NCBI GenBank assembly: GCA_041690135.1
Contig: JAWLHY010000006.1
Coordinates: 294,337-358,336, forward strand
Direction: 5' to 3'
DNA from: Armatimonadota bacterium
GTDB taxonomy: Bacteria; Armatimonadota; SYMT01
Length of the DNA stretch: 64,000 bases
Below, in pieces: positions 21,640 through 32,087 of this stretch. The notes under the pieces were generated by a model. That model did no database searches. It had not been told where the DNA came from and saw nothing but the letters and a program-made list of their open reading frames with translations. How positions within the stretch are numbered: the first letter of the stretch is position 1; the number at the start of each line of letters is the position of its first letter. A program made the position numbers and the translations under genes.

Positions 21640-22320
21640 TTGAACCGAATCACACTTCTGGTCGCCGCCGCCGTAGTCTGTGCCGCAGGCGCCCCGATCA
21701 CGACCGGGGCGCAGGGCGGCGACCTCGTCCCACTGCCCCACACGTTGCCCAAGCCGGCGTTCGCGGGCACACCCTCCGAGGCGCCGGTCGGCACAAATGT
21801 GGAAAAGCCGCTCGGACGACCTCGTCCCGTGCCGCTTGTTCCCAAGGGGACCACCAATCTGGCCCTGAAGAAGAAGGCGACGTCCGGGCGGCCACCCTTT
21901 GCCGGTTCGCTGGACCTGATTACGGACGGCAACAAGGAGGCCACGGACGGCACCACCGTGGAGTTGAAGCCGCGGACCCAGTGGGTGCAGATCGACCTGG
22001 GGGCGCCCTCCCGGCTCTTCTACATCCTCTTCTGGCACTTCCATAATGAGCCGGTGGTCTTCCGCGACGTGATCGTGCAGGTGTCCAACGATCCGGATTT
22101 CCTGGACGGGGTGACCACCCTATTCAACAACGACGTGGACAATTCTTCCGGCCTGGGTCTCGGTAAGGACCGCGAATATTTCGAGACCCGGGAAGGTAAG
22201 CTCGTGGACGCGAAAGGAGCCACGGCCCGCTACGTGCGCCTCTACAGCAACGGCAGCACCTACCGTGATCCTCTGAACCGGTACACCGAGGTCGAAGTCT
22301 ACGGCCTTCCGGCCAGGTAG
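21640..22320 (+). CDS. Secreted discoidin (F5/8 type C)-like domain protein
   Basis: AGGAGG RBS before TTG 21640. NLALKKKATS, ITDG, QWVQIDLG and ARYVRLYSNG...TEVEVYG motifs. Confidence 0.8.
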   Translation: MNRITLLVAAAVVCAAGAPITTGAQGGDLVPLPHTLPKPAFAGTPSEAPVGTNVEKPLGRPRPVPLVPKGTTNLALKKKATSGRPPFAGSLDLITDGNKEATDGTTVELKPRTQWVQIDLGAPSRLFYILFWHFHNEPVVFRDVIVQVSNDPDFLDGVTTLFNNDVDNSSGLGLGKDREYFETREGKLVDAKGATARYVRLYSNGSTYRDPLNRYTEVEVYGLPAR

Positions 22321-23936
22321 TGTTGAAGGGCTCGATGCGACCCGAGGCGGCCGGCATCGCTACCACGCTCCTCATCCTGGCGGTGGCGCTGGTTTTGCGG
22401 CTTCCGCACCTGGGCGACCGCCCGTTCCACGGGGACGAGGCGGTCCACGCGGTCAAGTTCCGGGAACTCTGGGAACGGGGCCGCTATGAGTACGACCCGA
22501 ACGAACACCACGGCCCGACGATCTACTACGCCGCCTTGCCGTTGGTGGCGGCAACAGGCCGCGCGTCGTTCGCGGAGACCCAAGAGGCCGATTTTCGCCT
22601 CGCCGTCGCACTGATGGGCGCCGCCATGGTGCTGCTCTTCCCCCTGCTCCGGGAGGGGCTAGGCGCTCGCGGGGCATTCTGGGCGGCCCTCTTCCTGACG
22701 GTCTCCGCTCCGTTCGTCTTCTACAGCCGCTACTTCATCCAGGAGATGGCGCTGGTCGCCTTCACGCTGGCGCTCATCGCTGGCGGGTGGCGCTACCACA
22801 TCTCCGGGCGGATCGTGTGGCTAATGGGCGCGGCGGTTGCGGCGGGGCTGGTCCTCGCCACCAAGGAGACCTCCGTCCTCACCCTTGCGGCCCTGGTGCT
22901 CGCCTGGAGGGCGTCACGATCGACACGCTCGGATGGATGCCAGGATAACCCCGCCGACGGTACGCGGGACGTTGCACTAAGGCCCAGGCGGCTCCACCTC
23001 GGCCTGGCCCTTCTCCTCGCCCTGTCCGTCGCGTATCTGCTCCTCTCCGGATTCCTCTCCCATCCTCTCGGGCCGCTGGGCTACTTCGAAACCTACACCC
23101 CATGGCTGCACCGGGCGACTGGAACCGAGCTCCACCGCCACCCCTGGCACTACTATCTTTCGCTCCTCGCGTGGCAGCAGCCGAAAGGCGGGCCCGTCTG
23201 GACTGAGTTGTTCGTCTTCGTACTCGCGACTGTAGGTCTCGTGGCGGCGTTCTCTCCAAAGGTCGGGAAACGGGCCGGCGCGCATCCCGGTTTCACTCGG
23301 TTCGTGCTGGTGTACACCCTGGCCTTGACGGTCGCTTACAGTCTCATCCCATATAAGACGCCCTGGAATCTGCTCAGCTTCTACCTGGGCTTCCTGCTCC
23401 TCGCCGGGCTCGGCGCCGGCATTCTGCAATCGTGGGTCCAACCCGGGGCGCCCCGGACCGCGGTGACGGTCCTGCTGCTCGCGGGCGTAGGCCAGCTAGC
23501 ATGGCAATCCCAACGGGCCACGTTCGACTACCGCGACGACCGGACCGGACCCTACGCCTACGCGCAACCCCTCCGCGGGGTGCGCGAGATCGAGCAGCGC
23601 GTCAACGAGCTGGCGGAGTTCAGCCCCCAGAAGGACAAGACGGTGGCCCAGGTCGTCTTCACCGACGACTACCACTGGCCGCTCCCCTGGTATCTGCGCC
23701 GCTTGAGGCACGTGGGCTACTGGACTGGTAAGGTGCCGGCGGAAGCCGAAGCACACCTGACCGGCACACCCATCGTCCTCTCTTCCGCCGAATACGACGC
23801 GGAGTTGACCACACGGCTCCAGGCCAGCCACTTCATGATCGGCTTCCACAGTCTCCGTCCTGGTGTGCTGGTCCAGATGTGGGTGAAGAACGAGCTCTGG
23901 GAACCATACATCCTGAGCCGGTCGCGGCCCCGTTAA
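22320..23936 (+). CDS. TIGR03663 / Agl23-like GT-C (PMT family) membrane glycosyltransferase
   Basis: RPFHGDEAVH, YDPNEHHGP, FYSRYFIQE, ATKETS, IPYKTPW and WPLPWYLR motifs with many TM helices. Start may be ATG 22335. Confidence 0.85.
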   Translation: MLKGSMRPEAAGIATTLLILAVALVLRLPHLGDRPFHGDEAVHAVKFRELWERGRYEYDPNEHHGPTIYYAALPLVAATGRASFAETQEADFRLAVALMGAAMVLLFPLLREGLGARGAFWAALFLTVSAPFVFYSRYFIQEMALVAFTLALIAGGWRYHISGRIVWLMGAAVAAGLVLATKETSVLTLAALVLAWRASRSTRSDGCQDNPADGTRDVALRPRRLHLGLALLLALSVAYLLLSGFLSHPLGPLGYFETYTPWLHRATGTELHRHPWHYYLSLLAWQQPKGGPVWTELFVFVLATVGLVAAFSPKVGKRAGAHPGFTRFVLVYTLALTVAYSLIPYKTPWNLLSFYLGFLLLAGLGAGILQSWVQPGAPRTAVTVLLLAGVGQLAWQSQRATFDYRDDRTGPYAYAQPLRGVREIEQRVNELAEFSPQKDKTVAQVVFTDDYHWPLPWYLRRLRHVGYWTGKVPAEAEAHLTGTPIVLSSAEYDAELTTRLQASHFMIGFHSLRPGVLVQMWVKNELWEPYILSRSRPR

Positions 23937-24063
23937 AGGAAAGTCTGCGAGCCCTCGAAAAGATCCCCTACCGGCAGCCTTTAGAAGCAGACCCCCGGCA
24001 CCGATAACTGTGGGGCACCGGACTGCAACGGCTCCGGGCGATCATTGGAGAAGGACGGTTCAA

Positions 24064-24633
24064 ATGCGTTCGAGGATAGCGGTGGGGATGCTCTGTTTCC
24101 TGTTGACTGCGGGAGCCGACCCTACGCACGCCGGTACAAGCGAAAAGCCCGTCGGCGAGGCATCCAAGGCTGGCGCACAGCCAGCGGAGAAGGGGTTTGT
24201 CTCGAAGGCCGGCCGGTTTTCTGTTGCCGCAACCGGCACACCTCGGTTCACCAAAGAATCGGTGCCCACCGCCGCAGGCCCGATCACCATGAACACGTAT
24301 ATGTTCCAGGCAGGCGCCTGCGTACAGGGCGCCATCTATGCGGACTATCCGCCTGCCGTATTACAGAAGGCGTCGAAGTCCGCCATGCTGGACGGTGCGC
24401 GAGATGGGGCGGTCCGAAATGTGAATGGGACCCTGGTGAACGAACGAGAGATCGCCTATCTGAAGCACCCCGGGCGGGAGCTGCGCATCGACATCGGGAA
24501 CAGACTCTGGCTTCTGGGGCGGATTTTCCTGGTCGGAAACCGGCTCTACCAGGTGACGGTCATCGGACCCAAGGATCAGTTTCCGGAAGAAGAGGCGAAG
24601 AAGTTTCTTCAGTCGTTTGCGCTGGTCAAATAG
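24064..24633 (+). CDS. Secreted hypothetical protein (PsbP/DcrB-like fold)
   Basis: Signal peptide, FVSKAGRFSV...YADYP...LDGARDG...HPGREL...LVGNRLYQV...FLQSF pattern. Confidence 0.75.
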   Translation: MRSRIAVGMLCFLLTAGADPTHAGTSEKPVGEASKAGAQPAEKGFVSKAGRFSVAATGTPRFTKESVPTAAGPITMNTYMFQAGACVQGAIYADYPPAVLQKASKSAMLDGARDGAVRNVNGTLVNEREIAYLKHPGRELRIDIGNRLWLLGRIFLVGNRLYQVTVIGPKDQFPEEEAKKFLQSFALVK

Positions 24634-24764
24634 ACGCGGACGTCGAGAGGACCGGCACGGGGACGGGAAACCGGGAACTCATCGGAAGGCCGCGGGTCCG
24701 TATGATATCGTGAAGGTAGTCCCGCTTGCTGCCGGATCCCTTCTAACCGTTGCGCGCTTTCCCC

Positions 24765-25523
24765 ATGAACCTTCGACCTATTGTCGCCCTTGCTTGCGGT
24801 CTCGCCTGCCTCGCTCCTCTTGGGGGCTCCACCGCCGATCGTCCGCCCGTGCCCGAAGAGCCGATCGGCCGGAAGAAGGAGCTCCTCTTCGCGGACGACT
24901 TCGAGGCTGACCAGCCCGCCGCCGCCTGGCACCAGGTGGTCCCGACTTTCGATTTTACAGAGGGGGCGCTCAAGGGCACCCAAACCCGCGACAAGAATAT
25001 TCCCGCGATGGACGGCAAGCGGGAGATCCGGGCCCACGCAGCGGTGCACGGTCTTAACATCCCCACGCGGGACAGCATCGTGGAGACGAAGATCCGGTTC
25101 GCCGGCGCGACCATGATCGACGTCGAGTTCGACGACCGCGCCTACAAGGGGTCGCACTACGGCCACATTTGCCGCGCCCAGGTCCGCCTCAACGGGGTGA
25201 CCCTCATCGACGAGCGCGATGGCAACATGCGCAGCGATATCTACGCGATGAAGAAGGACCCGGCGCGCAAGGCCGAGGTCGCGAAACTGCTGGTGGGGCG
25301 GCAGGTCACCTATCCCGCCAGCCTGGAGGCCAACAGGTGGTACACGCTCGTCGTCGAGACCATCGGCGACGAGATGCGGGTCACGCTCGACGGCCGACCC
25401 GCGGGCTATCTCAAGTCTTCCGGCATCGCCCACCCCACCAAGTCGAAAATCGAACTGGGAGTCGCGGGCAAAGATGGCTACTTCGACGACATTAAAGTGT
25501 GGAACGCCGAGCCCGCGAAGTAG
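24765..25523 (+). CDS. Secreted hypothetical protein, probable concanavalin/LamG-like beta-sandwich
   Basis: Signal peptide, LLFADDFE start, WYTLVVE..GDEMRVTLDG and FDDIKVW end. Confidence 0.7.
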   Translation: MNLRPIVALACGLACLAPLGGSTADRPPVPEEPIGRKKELLFADDFEADQPAAAWHQVVPTFDFTEGALKGTQTRDKNIPAMDGKREIRAHAAVHGLNIPTRDSIVETKIRFAGATMIDVEFDDRAYKGSHYGHICRAQVRLNGVTLIDERDGNMRSDIYAMKKDPARKAEVAKLLVGRQVTYPASLEANRWYTLVVETIGDEMRVTLDGRPAGYLKSSGIAHPTKSKIELGVAGKDGYFDDIKVWNAEPAK

Positions 25524-25632
25524 CTTCGACATGGCCGGGCTCATCCCATCGCAAGTAAGGGCCGGCCACACCCACATCGAACTATGCATCCTGGGAGTTG
25601 TCCCCGGTGAACGTTCTAGAGGTTAAGGAACC

Positions 25633-26499
25633 ATGTCTCGTCATCACCTGACTCGAAGGTCGGTGCTGCTCATGTCGGGCGCAGCCGCCCTGGGCAGTGC
25701 ACTCCCCGGCTGGGCGGCCCCGAAATCTCGCCGCGTGGCCGTAGGGCTGGAACTCTACTCCGTCCGCGACGAACTGCAGAAGGACCTTATGGGCACCGTC
25801 CGCGCCGTCGCCAAGATGGGTTACGAGGTGGTGGAGTTCTACTCCCCCTACCTCCAGTGGACTCCCGAGTACGCGAAGGAAGTCCGCAAGCTCATGGATG
25901 ATCTGAACATCCGCTGCCTCTCCACCCACAACGGGCGCAATGGCCTGGAGGGTGACGGCCTCAAGAAGGCGATCGAGCTGAACCAGATCCTGGGCTCCAA
26001 GAGCATCGTCATGGCCAGCGCCGGCCGGGCGACGACCCAGGACGACTGGAAGAAGGTCGCGGAGATCCTCACGCAGGCATCGGATACGCTGAAGCCGCTG
26101 AAGATGCGCTCCGGCTTTCACAACCACCAGGTGGAATTCCAGGACAAGGGTGGCTTCCGGCCGATGGAGATCCTGGCGGCCAATACGCCGAAGAGGGTCA
26201 CGCTCCAGTTCGACATCGGCACCTGCGTGGACGCGGGGTACGATCCGGTGGCATGGATCAAGGCCAACCCCGGCCGTATCCGCTCCCTGCACCTGAAGGA
26301 CTGGGGCGCCGGCGCCGACCGCGGTTACCGCGTCCTGTTCGGGGAAGGCGATACCCCCTGGAAAGAGGTGCTGGACGCAGCGGAGAAGTATGGCGGCGCG
26401 GAGTGCTACCTGATCGAGCAGGAAGGCAGCCGCTTGCCGTCCCTCGAAACCGCGGCGAAGTGCCTGGAGAACTTCCGCAAGCTCCGTCCCAAGGCATAA
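25633..26499 (+). CDS. Tat-exported sugar phosphate isomerase/epimerase (xylose isomerase-like TIM barrel)
   Basis: TRRSVL, VGLELYSVRD, GFHNH, QFDIG, SLHLKD and LIEQE motifs. Confidence 0.9.
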   Translation: MSRHHLTRRSVLLMSGAAALGSALPGWAAPKSRRVAVGLELYSVRDELQKDLMGTVRAVAKMGYEVVEFYSPYLQWTPEYAKEVRKLMDDLNIRCLSTHNGRNGLEGDGLKKAIELNQILGSKSIVMASAGRATTQDDWKKVAEILTQASDTLKPLKMRSGFHNHQVEFQDKGGFRPMEILAANTPKRVTLQFDIGTCVDAGYDPVAWIKANPGRIRSLHLKDWGAGADRGYRVLFGEGDTPWKEVLDAAEKYGGAECYLIEQEGSRLPSLETAAKCLENFRKLRPKA

Positions 26500-26535
26500 C
26501 CCCTCAGGGTGCCCGAAGTTCCGGGGATTTACATC

Positions 26536-26582
26536 AAAAGGCACCGGCCCGACGTTTGGAAACGTCGGGCCGGTGCCTTTTC
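26536..26582. terminator. Bidirectional rho-independent terminator
   Basis: Perfect inverted repeat AAAAGGCACCGGCCCGACGTTT-GG-AAACGTCGGGCCGGTGCCTTTT between convergent genes. Confidence 0.85.
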
Positions 26583-26692
26583 GTAATCACGCCTCTAGGG
26601 GTGCGGTCGCCTGGAAAACGAATGACGGCTTGGAATCACATTCGTCGCCCGCTGCTTGATGCTGATCGCAGCCGCTCTCTATCCTTATCTCG

Positions 26693-28081
26693 TCACTTCT
26701 TATCTACCTCCGGCCGGTGCCGGGGAAGCTGGTCCTTGAAGTTGCCGAGGCTGCGCCAGTAGGTGCGGCGGTCGAGATCCACCTCCGCGATGGCCAGTGT
26801 TCCCCACTCCTTCGCCTGGGCCAGGGTCGCACCCGTGTGGTCATAAACCGCTGTCTTCATCCAGTTAGTAGAGAGGTCCTCGTAAGTACTACTGACCAGG
26901 TAGACGTGATTCTCGGCCGCTCGCGCCACCGCCAGCTCCGGGTTGCAGCCCCACACCGGCCAGGCGATTACCTCGGCGCCCCGGTTGGTCAGCTCGCGAG
27001 CCACTTCCGGGAAGAAGCCGTCGTAGCAGACCATCATCCCCAGGGTTCCGAAACGCGTCTTGAACACCGGGTACTCGCGGCCTGGGGCGATCCCTGCGGC
27101 GACCTCACTGCGGGGCAGGCAGACCTTCCGGTACTTCCCGGCCAGTTTCCCGTCCGGACCCAGCAGCACGGCCACGTTATAGATGAGGTGCCCGGCTCGC
27201 TCCACCAGGCCCGCCACGAGGTAGAGGTTGTGGCGTTTCGCCAACGCTCCGAAGTACTCCGTGGAAGGACCGGGCACCGGCTCCGCGACCTGCTCAAACT
27301 TCAGGCCGGTGCGGTAGTAGGTCAGCGTCTCCGGGAGTACCACCAGGTCGGCGTTCTGCCGCGCCGCCTCTTCGATGAGCGGAATGAACTGCGCCCGCTT
27401 TTCCTCCGGTGTGTTTCCCTGGCTGGGGCGAAGGTGCACGGCGGCCAGCCGAACCTTCCGGCCACGGGGAGGCTCGATCTCGTCCAGCGAGACGGCGCTC
27501 CACTCCACGCGACCCGTCGGAGCCCACTGCAGATGTAGTTCCACCTTCGCCTGCACCGCGGCCTTCGGTGCACGGTACAGGCCGGAGACCTCCGTCCAAC
27601 CCCGCAGGTCGGTCGGGCCGTCGGACGGATACTCCGGCTCGGCCGGGGCAGGAGAACTGCTGCGGAGGTATTGCTCCGGAACCGGTTCGTCGCTGGGCAC
27701 CGGGCGTCCCTGAGCATCCTGCCACAGCAGCCGGACGAAGACGTTCTGTCGCGGGACGGGGAGATTGTCGCTCTTGCGGAGGACCCGGAACCGATAGTGC
27801 CTCCCACCTTCCACCCCCAGCGTGCGGGTCCACCAACCCTGGAGGCCCTCCCGGCGATCCGCACGGATGATCCAGGAGCCGCGCCCGTCCGGTCCCCCGG
27901 CAGGCTGGAACTCAAACTCCGGCCGGATCTCATCCCGAGGAGAGACGGCTTCCCAGCCCTCCGGAACCTGCGCAACCGGCGCAGCGACGGCCTCGGCCCC
28001 CGGATGCCCGGCTGCCCAGATAGCGACAGCCCCAAGCAACACCGCGCCGACTTTCACCCACCACCCAGCATCCATTCTCAC
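26693..28081 (-). CDS. Secreted carbon-nitrogen hydrolase (nitrilase superfamily) with N-terminal CBM-like domain
   Basis: Catalytic E-K-C context: [23 protein letters not shown]. Signal peptide and N-terminal beta-sandwich. Confidence 0.88.
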   Translation of the reverse strand: MRMDAGWWVKVGAVLLGAVAIWAAGHPGAEAVAAPVAQVPEGWEAVSPRDEIRPEFEFQPAGGPDGRGSWIIRADRREGLQGWWTRTLGVEGGRHYRFRVLRKSDNLPVPRQNVFVRLLWQDAQGRPVPSDEPVPEQYLRSSSPAPAEPEYPSDGPTDLRGWTEVSGLYRAPKAAVQAKVELHLQWAPTGRVEWSAVSLDEIEPPRGRKVRLAAVHLRPSQGNTPEEKRAQFIPLIEEAARQNADLVVLPETLTYYRTGLKFEQVAEPVPGPSTEYFGALAKRHNLYLVAGLVERAGHLIYNVAVLLGPDGKLAGKYRKVCLPRSEVAAGIAPGREYPVFKTRFGTLGMMVCYDGFFPEVARELTNRGAEVIAWPVWGCNPELAVARAAENHVYLVSSTYEDLSTNWMKTAVYDHTGATLAQAKEWGTLAIAEVDLDRRTYWRSLGNFKDQLPRHRPEVDKK

Positions 28082-28287
28082 CCTCCGACTCCGCTATCCT
28101 CAAGGTGACATTCCTGGGGAGGGTGCTCGTTTCCTGCATCCGCACTCCGCCAAAATACAGCACCAGCGGCTGCGGTGCCCGCAAGAAGCCTGCAACATCC
28201 AGGGTTCATTTCGCATCGTTTAGCGAGAGAGCGCGGTGCGCGTCCCCCGTTCTCCACGTACCTGCAAGAGGAGCTGCCGTTACGAAC

Positions 28288-29214
28288 ATGTGGATTGGCC
28301 TCCTGTTCCTTCAGATTCTCCTCCCACTGATCCTGGTCCGGGACCTGGGGCGAGGAAACTACACGAAACCCCGTGACTGGTTCCTCAACCTGATACCGGC
28401 AGTTGTCTGCGTGCTCTTCATCACGCAGGTTTCCCCCTGGGGACACCTGCCTTACGCACTGCGGATCCTCTGGCCGCTGGTTTTGCTCTTCACAGGTATT
28501 TACAGCTGGCGTCGGCTGCGGCGAGAGGAACCGGATACTCCCCCAGCGGAGGAGTATCCGGCACCCGCACCCAGAAGGCGATCTTCGATGCTCTGGGCGG
28601 TGGTACCGGTAATTCTCTTCGCGGCGCCCATCTACCACAGCTTTGCGGCACGCCGGGTGCCCGAGCCGCCTCTGGATCTGGATTTCCCCCTCCGGAACGG
28701 CATCTATCTCGTGGGGCACGGGGGCAGCCACAAGACGCTCAACTACCACAACGTGAATGAAAGCCAGCGGTATGCGCTGGACATTGGGAAGCTCAATTGG
28801 CTGACCATGCGGGCCACTGGCCTTCAATCCAAGCAATTGAGGGCCTACGCCATCTGGGGGGATACCCTCTACAGCCCGTGTGACGCCCGGGTGAACTCCC
28901 TGGAGAACCGTCTTCCGGACTACACCCCGCCACAGGGGGATCCGCATAATCCCGCCGGCAATCACGTGGAGTTGGAAACCGACGACGGCGTACGGATCTT
29001 CCTGGCCCACATGCAGAAGGGCTCCGTCCGGGTCAAGATCGGCGACCGGGTCCGGCGCGGCGATCCGCTCGGCAAGGTCGGCAATTCCGGCAATACCAGC
29101 GAGCCGCACCTTCACATCCACGCCGTGCGGGGTGGAAGGGGCCTCTTTGAAGGCAAAGGGGTTCCGCTCACCTTCCGCGGCCGGTTCCTGGTGCGGAACG
29201 ACCTGATTTGGTAA
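28288..29214 (+). CDS. Membrane-anchored M23 family metallopeptidase
   Basis: N-terminal TM segments, YALDI, GNHV, LAHMQKGS and GKVGNSGNTSEPHLHIH motifs. Confidence 0.9.
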   Translation: MWIGLLFLQILLPLILVRDLGRGNYTKPRDWFLNLIPAVVCVLFITQVSPWGHLPYALRILWPLVLLFTGIYSWRRLRREEPDTPPAEEYPAPAPRRRSSMLWAVVPVILFAAPIYHSFAARRVPEPPLDLDFPLRNGIYLVGHGGSHKTLNYHNVNESQRYALDIGKLNWLTMRATGLQSKQLRAYAIWGDTLYSPCDARVNSLENRLPDYTPPQGDPHNPAGNHVELETDDGVRIFLAHMQKGSVRVKIGDRVRRGDPLGKVGNSGNTSEPHLHIHAVRGGRGLFEGKGVPLTFRGRFLVRNDLIW

Positions 29215-29294
29215 CCTGCCTCTGGCAGCGAGGCCGAACGGATACAATCTACTGTCGAAGCGCTTGGCTGTGCCGGAAAGGCAAGGGAACAAGA

Positions 29295-29708
29295 ATGACC
29301 CTCCTCAACGACTTCAAGCAATTCATCCTGCGTGGGAACGTCGTTGACCTGGCCGTGGGCGTGGTCATCGGGGCGGCATTCGGCAGCGTGGTGAACGCAC
29401 TCGTGGCGGATATCATCACCCCGATCATCTCCATTCCGGGCAAGGTGAACTTCCCCGATTTGAGCCTGACGATCGGCGGCGGCGTCATCAAATACGGGTA
29501 CTTCCTCAACGTGCTCATCAGCTTCCTGTTGACAGCCGGGGCCATTTTCTTCTTTGTCATCCGGCCGGTCAACTGGCTGATGAACCTGCGAAAGCCCGCT
29601 CCCCCCGCGGAAGCGACGACCCGGGAGTGTCCCTACTGCATCAGCAGCATCCCAAGGAAGGCGACCCGCTGCGCGTTTTGTACGGCGGAGGTTCCCGCCG
29701 CGGAGTGA
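29295..29708 (+). CDS. mscL: Large-conductance mechanosensitive channel MscL with C-terminal Zn-ribbon
   Basis: FKQFILRGNVVDLAVGVVIGAAFGSVVNALVADII and YGYFLN motifs. C-terminal CPYC...CAFC. Confidence 0.95.
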   Translation: MTLLNDFKQFILRGNVVDLAVGVVIGAAFGSVVNALVADIITPIISIPGKVNFPDLSLTIGGGVIKYGYFLNVLISFLLTAGAIFFFVIRPVNWLMNLRKPAPPAEATTRECPYCISSIPRKATRCAFCTAEVPAAE

Positions 29709-29738
29709 GCTTTAAGAACGGGCGACCGCCGCAGAAGC

Positions 29739-30272
29739 TCACTCGAAGGCCCCGGCGTCGTAACCGTCGGCCGAAACCACCCGCCACTCTTCTCCAGGGA
29801 AGACGAAAAAGTAGTGGACGCGCTCCTTGCGCACGCCGAGGGTCAGCGTCATCTGCGAAGCCGGCATGGATGCGGCCGCGGACTCGGCGCCGGTTGGTTG
29901 GGAACCACCGGGGGTAAGGATCGCCAGCGGGAAAGTGACCGTGCCGGTGGCGCCATCCGGGGCGATGTACACCTGAACGCGTTCGCTGGGGATCACGACA
30001 TCGAGGTTGCTCCGCCGCGAGAGATACTCGCGGATCTGATACTTCAAGCTCGAGTCGGACATCCCCAGGCCGTCGCGGTAATCCTCGGAAAGGAACTTGT
30101 TGACCCCCGCGGCGTTGCGCTGCTCCGCGGCTCGCTCACCTTCGTAGAGCATCCGCCGCAGCTGCTCTTCATCCGATCCCTGGGGCCGCTGCGCGTCGAC
30201 CGCTCGCTTCACCCAGAGTCCTCCGCCAAGCACAAACAGCACCACCGATCCGGCAATTAAAGCGTTCCGCAT
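29739..30272 (-). CDS. Membrane-anchored hypothetical protein (NTF2-like)
   Basis: GGAGGGAGG RBS, N-terminal TM segment, EQRNAAGVNKFLSEDY and EEWRVVSA pattern typical of NTF2-like folds. Confidence 0.7.
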   Translation of the reverse strand: MRNALIAGSVVLFVLGGGLWVKRAVDAQRPQGSDEEQLRRMLYEGERAAEQRNAAGVNKFLSEDYRDGLGMSDSSLKYQIREYLSRRSNLDVVIPSERVQVYIAPDGATGTVTFPLAILTPGGSQPTGAESAAASMPASQMTLTLGVRKERVHYFFVFPGEEWRVVSADGYDAGAFE

Positions 30273-30330
30273 CGTGTCCCTCCCCTCCGACACTCCCACA
30301 ACCAACACCCAATCCGGTAGAATGGCGTCG

Positions 30331-30912
30331 ATGACGAGAAAATCTCCAACGAAGCCTAACCCGGAACGCCGCAGACGGCGGCGCATCTTTGCCCTGATCG
30401 GAATCCTGGTGGGCGGTTCGGCGGCCTTCGCCACCCTGGGCCTCGCCAGCAGTCCGCACGCCTGGCGTCCCCTGGGCGGCGATCACGGTCGCATCCGCTG
30501 GGCGGAGACCCGCACCGATTATGCTGTGGAACCACCGCTCGCGCCGGAATGGATCCGGGACCTCCGCAAGCGCGGCGTGCCGTGGCCCACGGACCAACCT
30601 CTCGAACCGCCCGGGGCCTCCTTCGCGGCCGATGGAGCGGAGCATACCGTTGCCTGGTACGTCGTGCAGTCGTCCCGATCCACCAACGAGCTATGGCACG
30701 TGCAGAAGGATTCCGTCCGCGTGACGGACGCCCAGGGTCAGGAAGTCTACTGGCCCGGCGGCACGGGCGCCGTGCTTATCGATCCCGACCGCAATCTGCA
30801 GTATCTCTACCTGGGCGTGCCCCGGCAACTCTCCGGCACCGAAGCGCGCATCCGTTTCCGCCTCTCCCGGTTTGATGGCCCGACCACACCGGAGATCATT
30901 CTCCCCTTCTGA
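30331..30912 (+). CDS. Membrane-anchored hypothetical protein
   Basis: Basic N-terminus followed by a TM segment, with high-GC3 codon usage. TAGAAT lies 7 nt before ATG 30331, so the transcript may be leaderless. Confidence 0.65.
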   Translation: MTRKSPTKPNPERRRRRRIFALIGILVGGSAAFATLGLASSPHAWRPLGGDHGRIRWAETRTDYAVEPPLAPEWIRDLRKRGVPWPTDQPLEPPGASFAADGAEHTVAWYVVQSSRSTNELWHVQKDSVRVTDAQGQEVYWPGGTGAVLIDPDRNLQYLYLGVPRQLSGTEARIRFRLSRFDGPTTPEIILPF

Positions 30913-30950
30913 CGCCGCTATCCTATAAATGCACCGTGTGGGGTCGTCGA

Positions 30951-31042
30951 CGGGTACGGATTGGCGGAGATGGATCTGAGTTGCAGCCCCCTCGGGGGCT
31001 AAAGGTTGGAAGCCCCCTCAGGGGCCAGGGGTTGGAAAGTTT
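30951..31042 (+). repeat. Palindromic intergenic repeat family member (CCCCC-N2-GGGGG with GGTTGGAAG)
   Basis: GGATCTGAGTTGCAGCCCCCTCGGGGGCTAAAGGTTGGAAGCCCCCTCAGGGGCCAGGGGTTGGAAAG shares blocks with 5923-6038 and 48580-48939. Confidence 0.75.
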
Positions 31043-32026
31043 CTAATCCTGCCCGTCGGAGTCGGTGACGAACCGGTAGACTTTTCGGCTTAGGCGAGCA
31101 ATGGCTGCATTGGCGCGACCTTCCGGGCCGGAGTCGGTGATCAGCACCGCCAGGGCATAGCGGGGACCCTCCGCCGGCTCCACCAGAGCCACGTCGTGGA
31201 CAATTCCGCGGAGGGTGCCGGTTTTGTTCCCAACCGTGGCACCCTCCGGAATGCCGGCGGGAATTCGCTGACGCCGCGTTTGCGCTTGCAAGATCTCTCG
31301 CATCTCCCGGCTCGCCTCCGGGCTCACCAGTTCGCCCCGCCCAATCCGCAGCAGCAAATCCGTCATTTCCGCGGCGGTCACCTGGTTCCGGGCAGCCTTA
31401 CGCCGGTCGAAAATCTTATGGTGCAGCCGGGTACGCGGATAACCGTGGGAGTCGAGCCACTGGTTCGCCTGCGAGAAGCCCACCCGTTCCATCAAGGCAT
31501 CGGCGGAGGGGTTGTCGCTGTGGGTGATCATCTTCCGTACCCGTTCCATGTCGTTCGCCGATCGTTCCCAGGCGCCGGAAGCCCACCGGTCAAAGACGAT
31601 GGCCATGAGAGGCAGCTTGATCACGCTGGCGGCCGGCGCCGGGAGATCGGCATTCACCCCAGCCACCGCCTCTCCGGGAGGTCCCATGTCGGGAACGTCC
31701 ACGCGCACATGTACCCGTGCCTTGCCCGGAAGACGGCGCGCCTCGGCTTCGACCAGAACTCGCAATGCCGCCTGGTCGATCTCCAAGGGCGAAGACGTGG
31801 ACCCAGGTTCGACCACGCCCGGTTCGCGGCCCGGGTCCAGGGTGGCGCGACCGGCACCTGGGCCGGTTGTCTCCGCGTGCACGCCACTAGGGGTGGGAGT
31901 GGCTGCCAATGGTGGGGGTGTGCGGGTGGGAATCACTTTCGCACCGATGAGGCCCAGGGCCACGACCGCAGTCGCAGTCCCCACCGCAATGCTACCTACC
32001 GCAATCCAGCGACTGTTCCCACGCAC
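31043..32026 (-). CDS. Serine hydrolase, class A beta-lactamase-like (PBP-A type)
   Basis: AASVIK (SxxK), HSDN and NKTG motifs with an N-terminal TM anchor. No evident omega-loop Glu166. Confidence 0.88.
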   Translation of the reverse strand: MRGNSRWIAVGSIAVGTATAVVALGLIGAKVIPTRTPPPLAATPTPSGVHAETTGPGAGRATLDPGREPGVVEPGSTSSPLEIDQAALRVLVEAEARRLPGKARVHVRVDVPDMGPPGEAVAGVNADLPAPAASVIKLPLMAIVFDRWASGAWERSANDMERVRKMITHSDNPSADALMERVGFSQANQWLDSHGYPRTRLHHKIFDRRKAARNQVTAAEMTDLLLRIGRGELVSPEASREMREILQAQTRRQRIPAGIPEGATVGNKTGTLRGIVHDVALVEPAEGPRYALAVLITDSGPEGRANAAIARLSRKVYRFVTDSDGQD

Positions 32027-32087
32027 CCCGTCCCCCTTGGCCCTTCCGGATTCGTCTGCACCCCCTCAGTCATACCCAGGTGGGCAC

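Noticed and set aside
31043-32026. Antibiotic-resistance beta-lactamase
   Set aside because: Has SxxK/SDN/KTG but no evident Glu166 omega loop and has a TM anchor, so it is more likely a PBP-like serine hydrolase.
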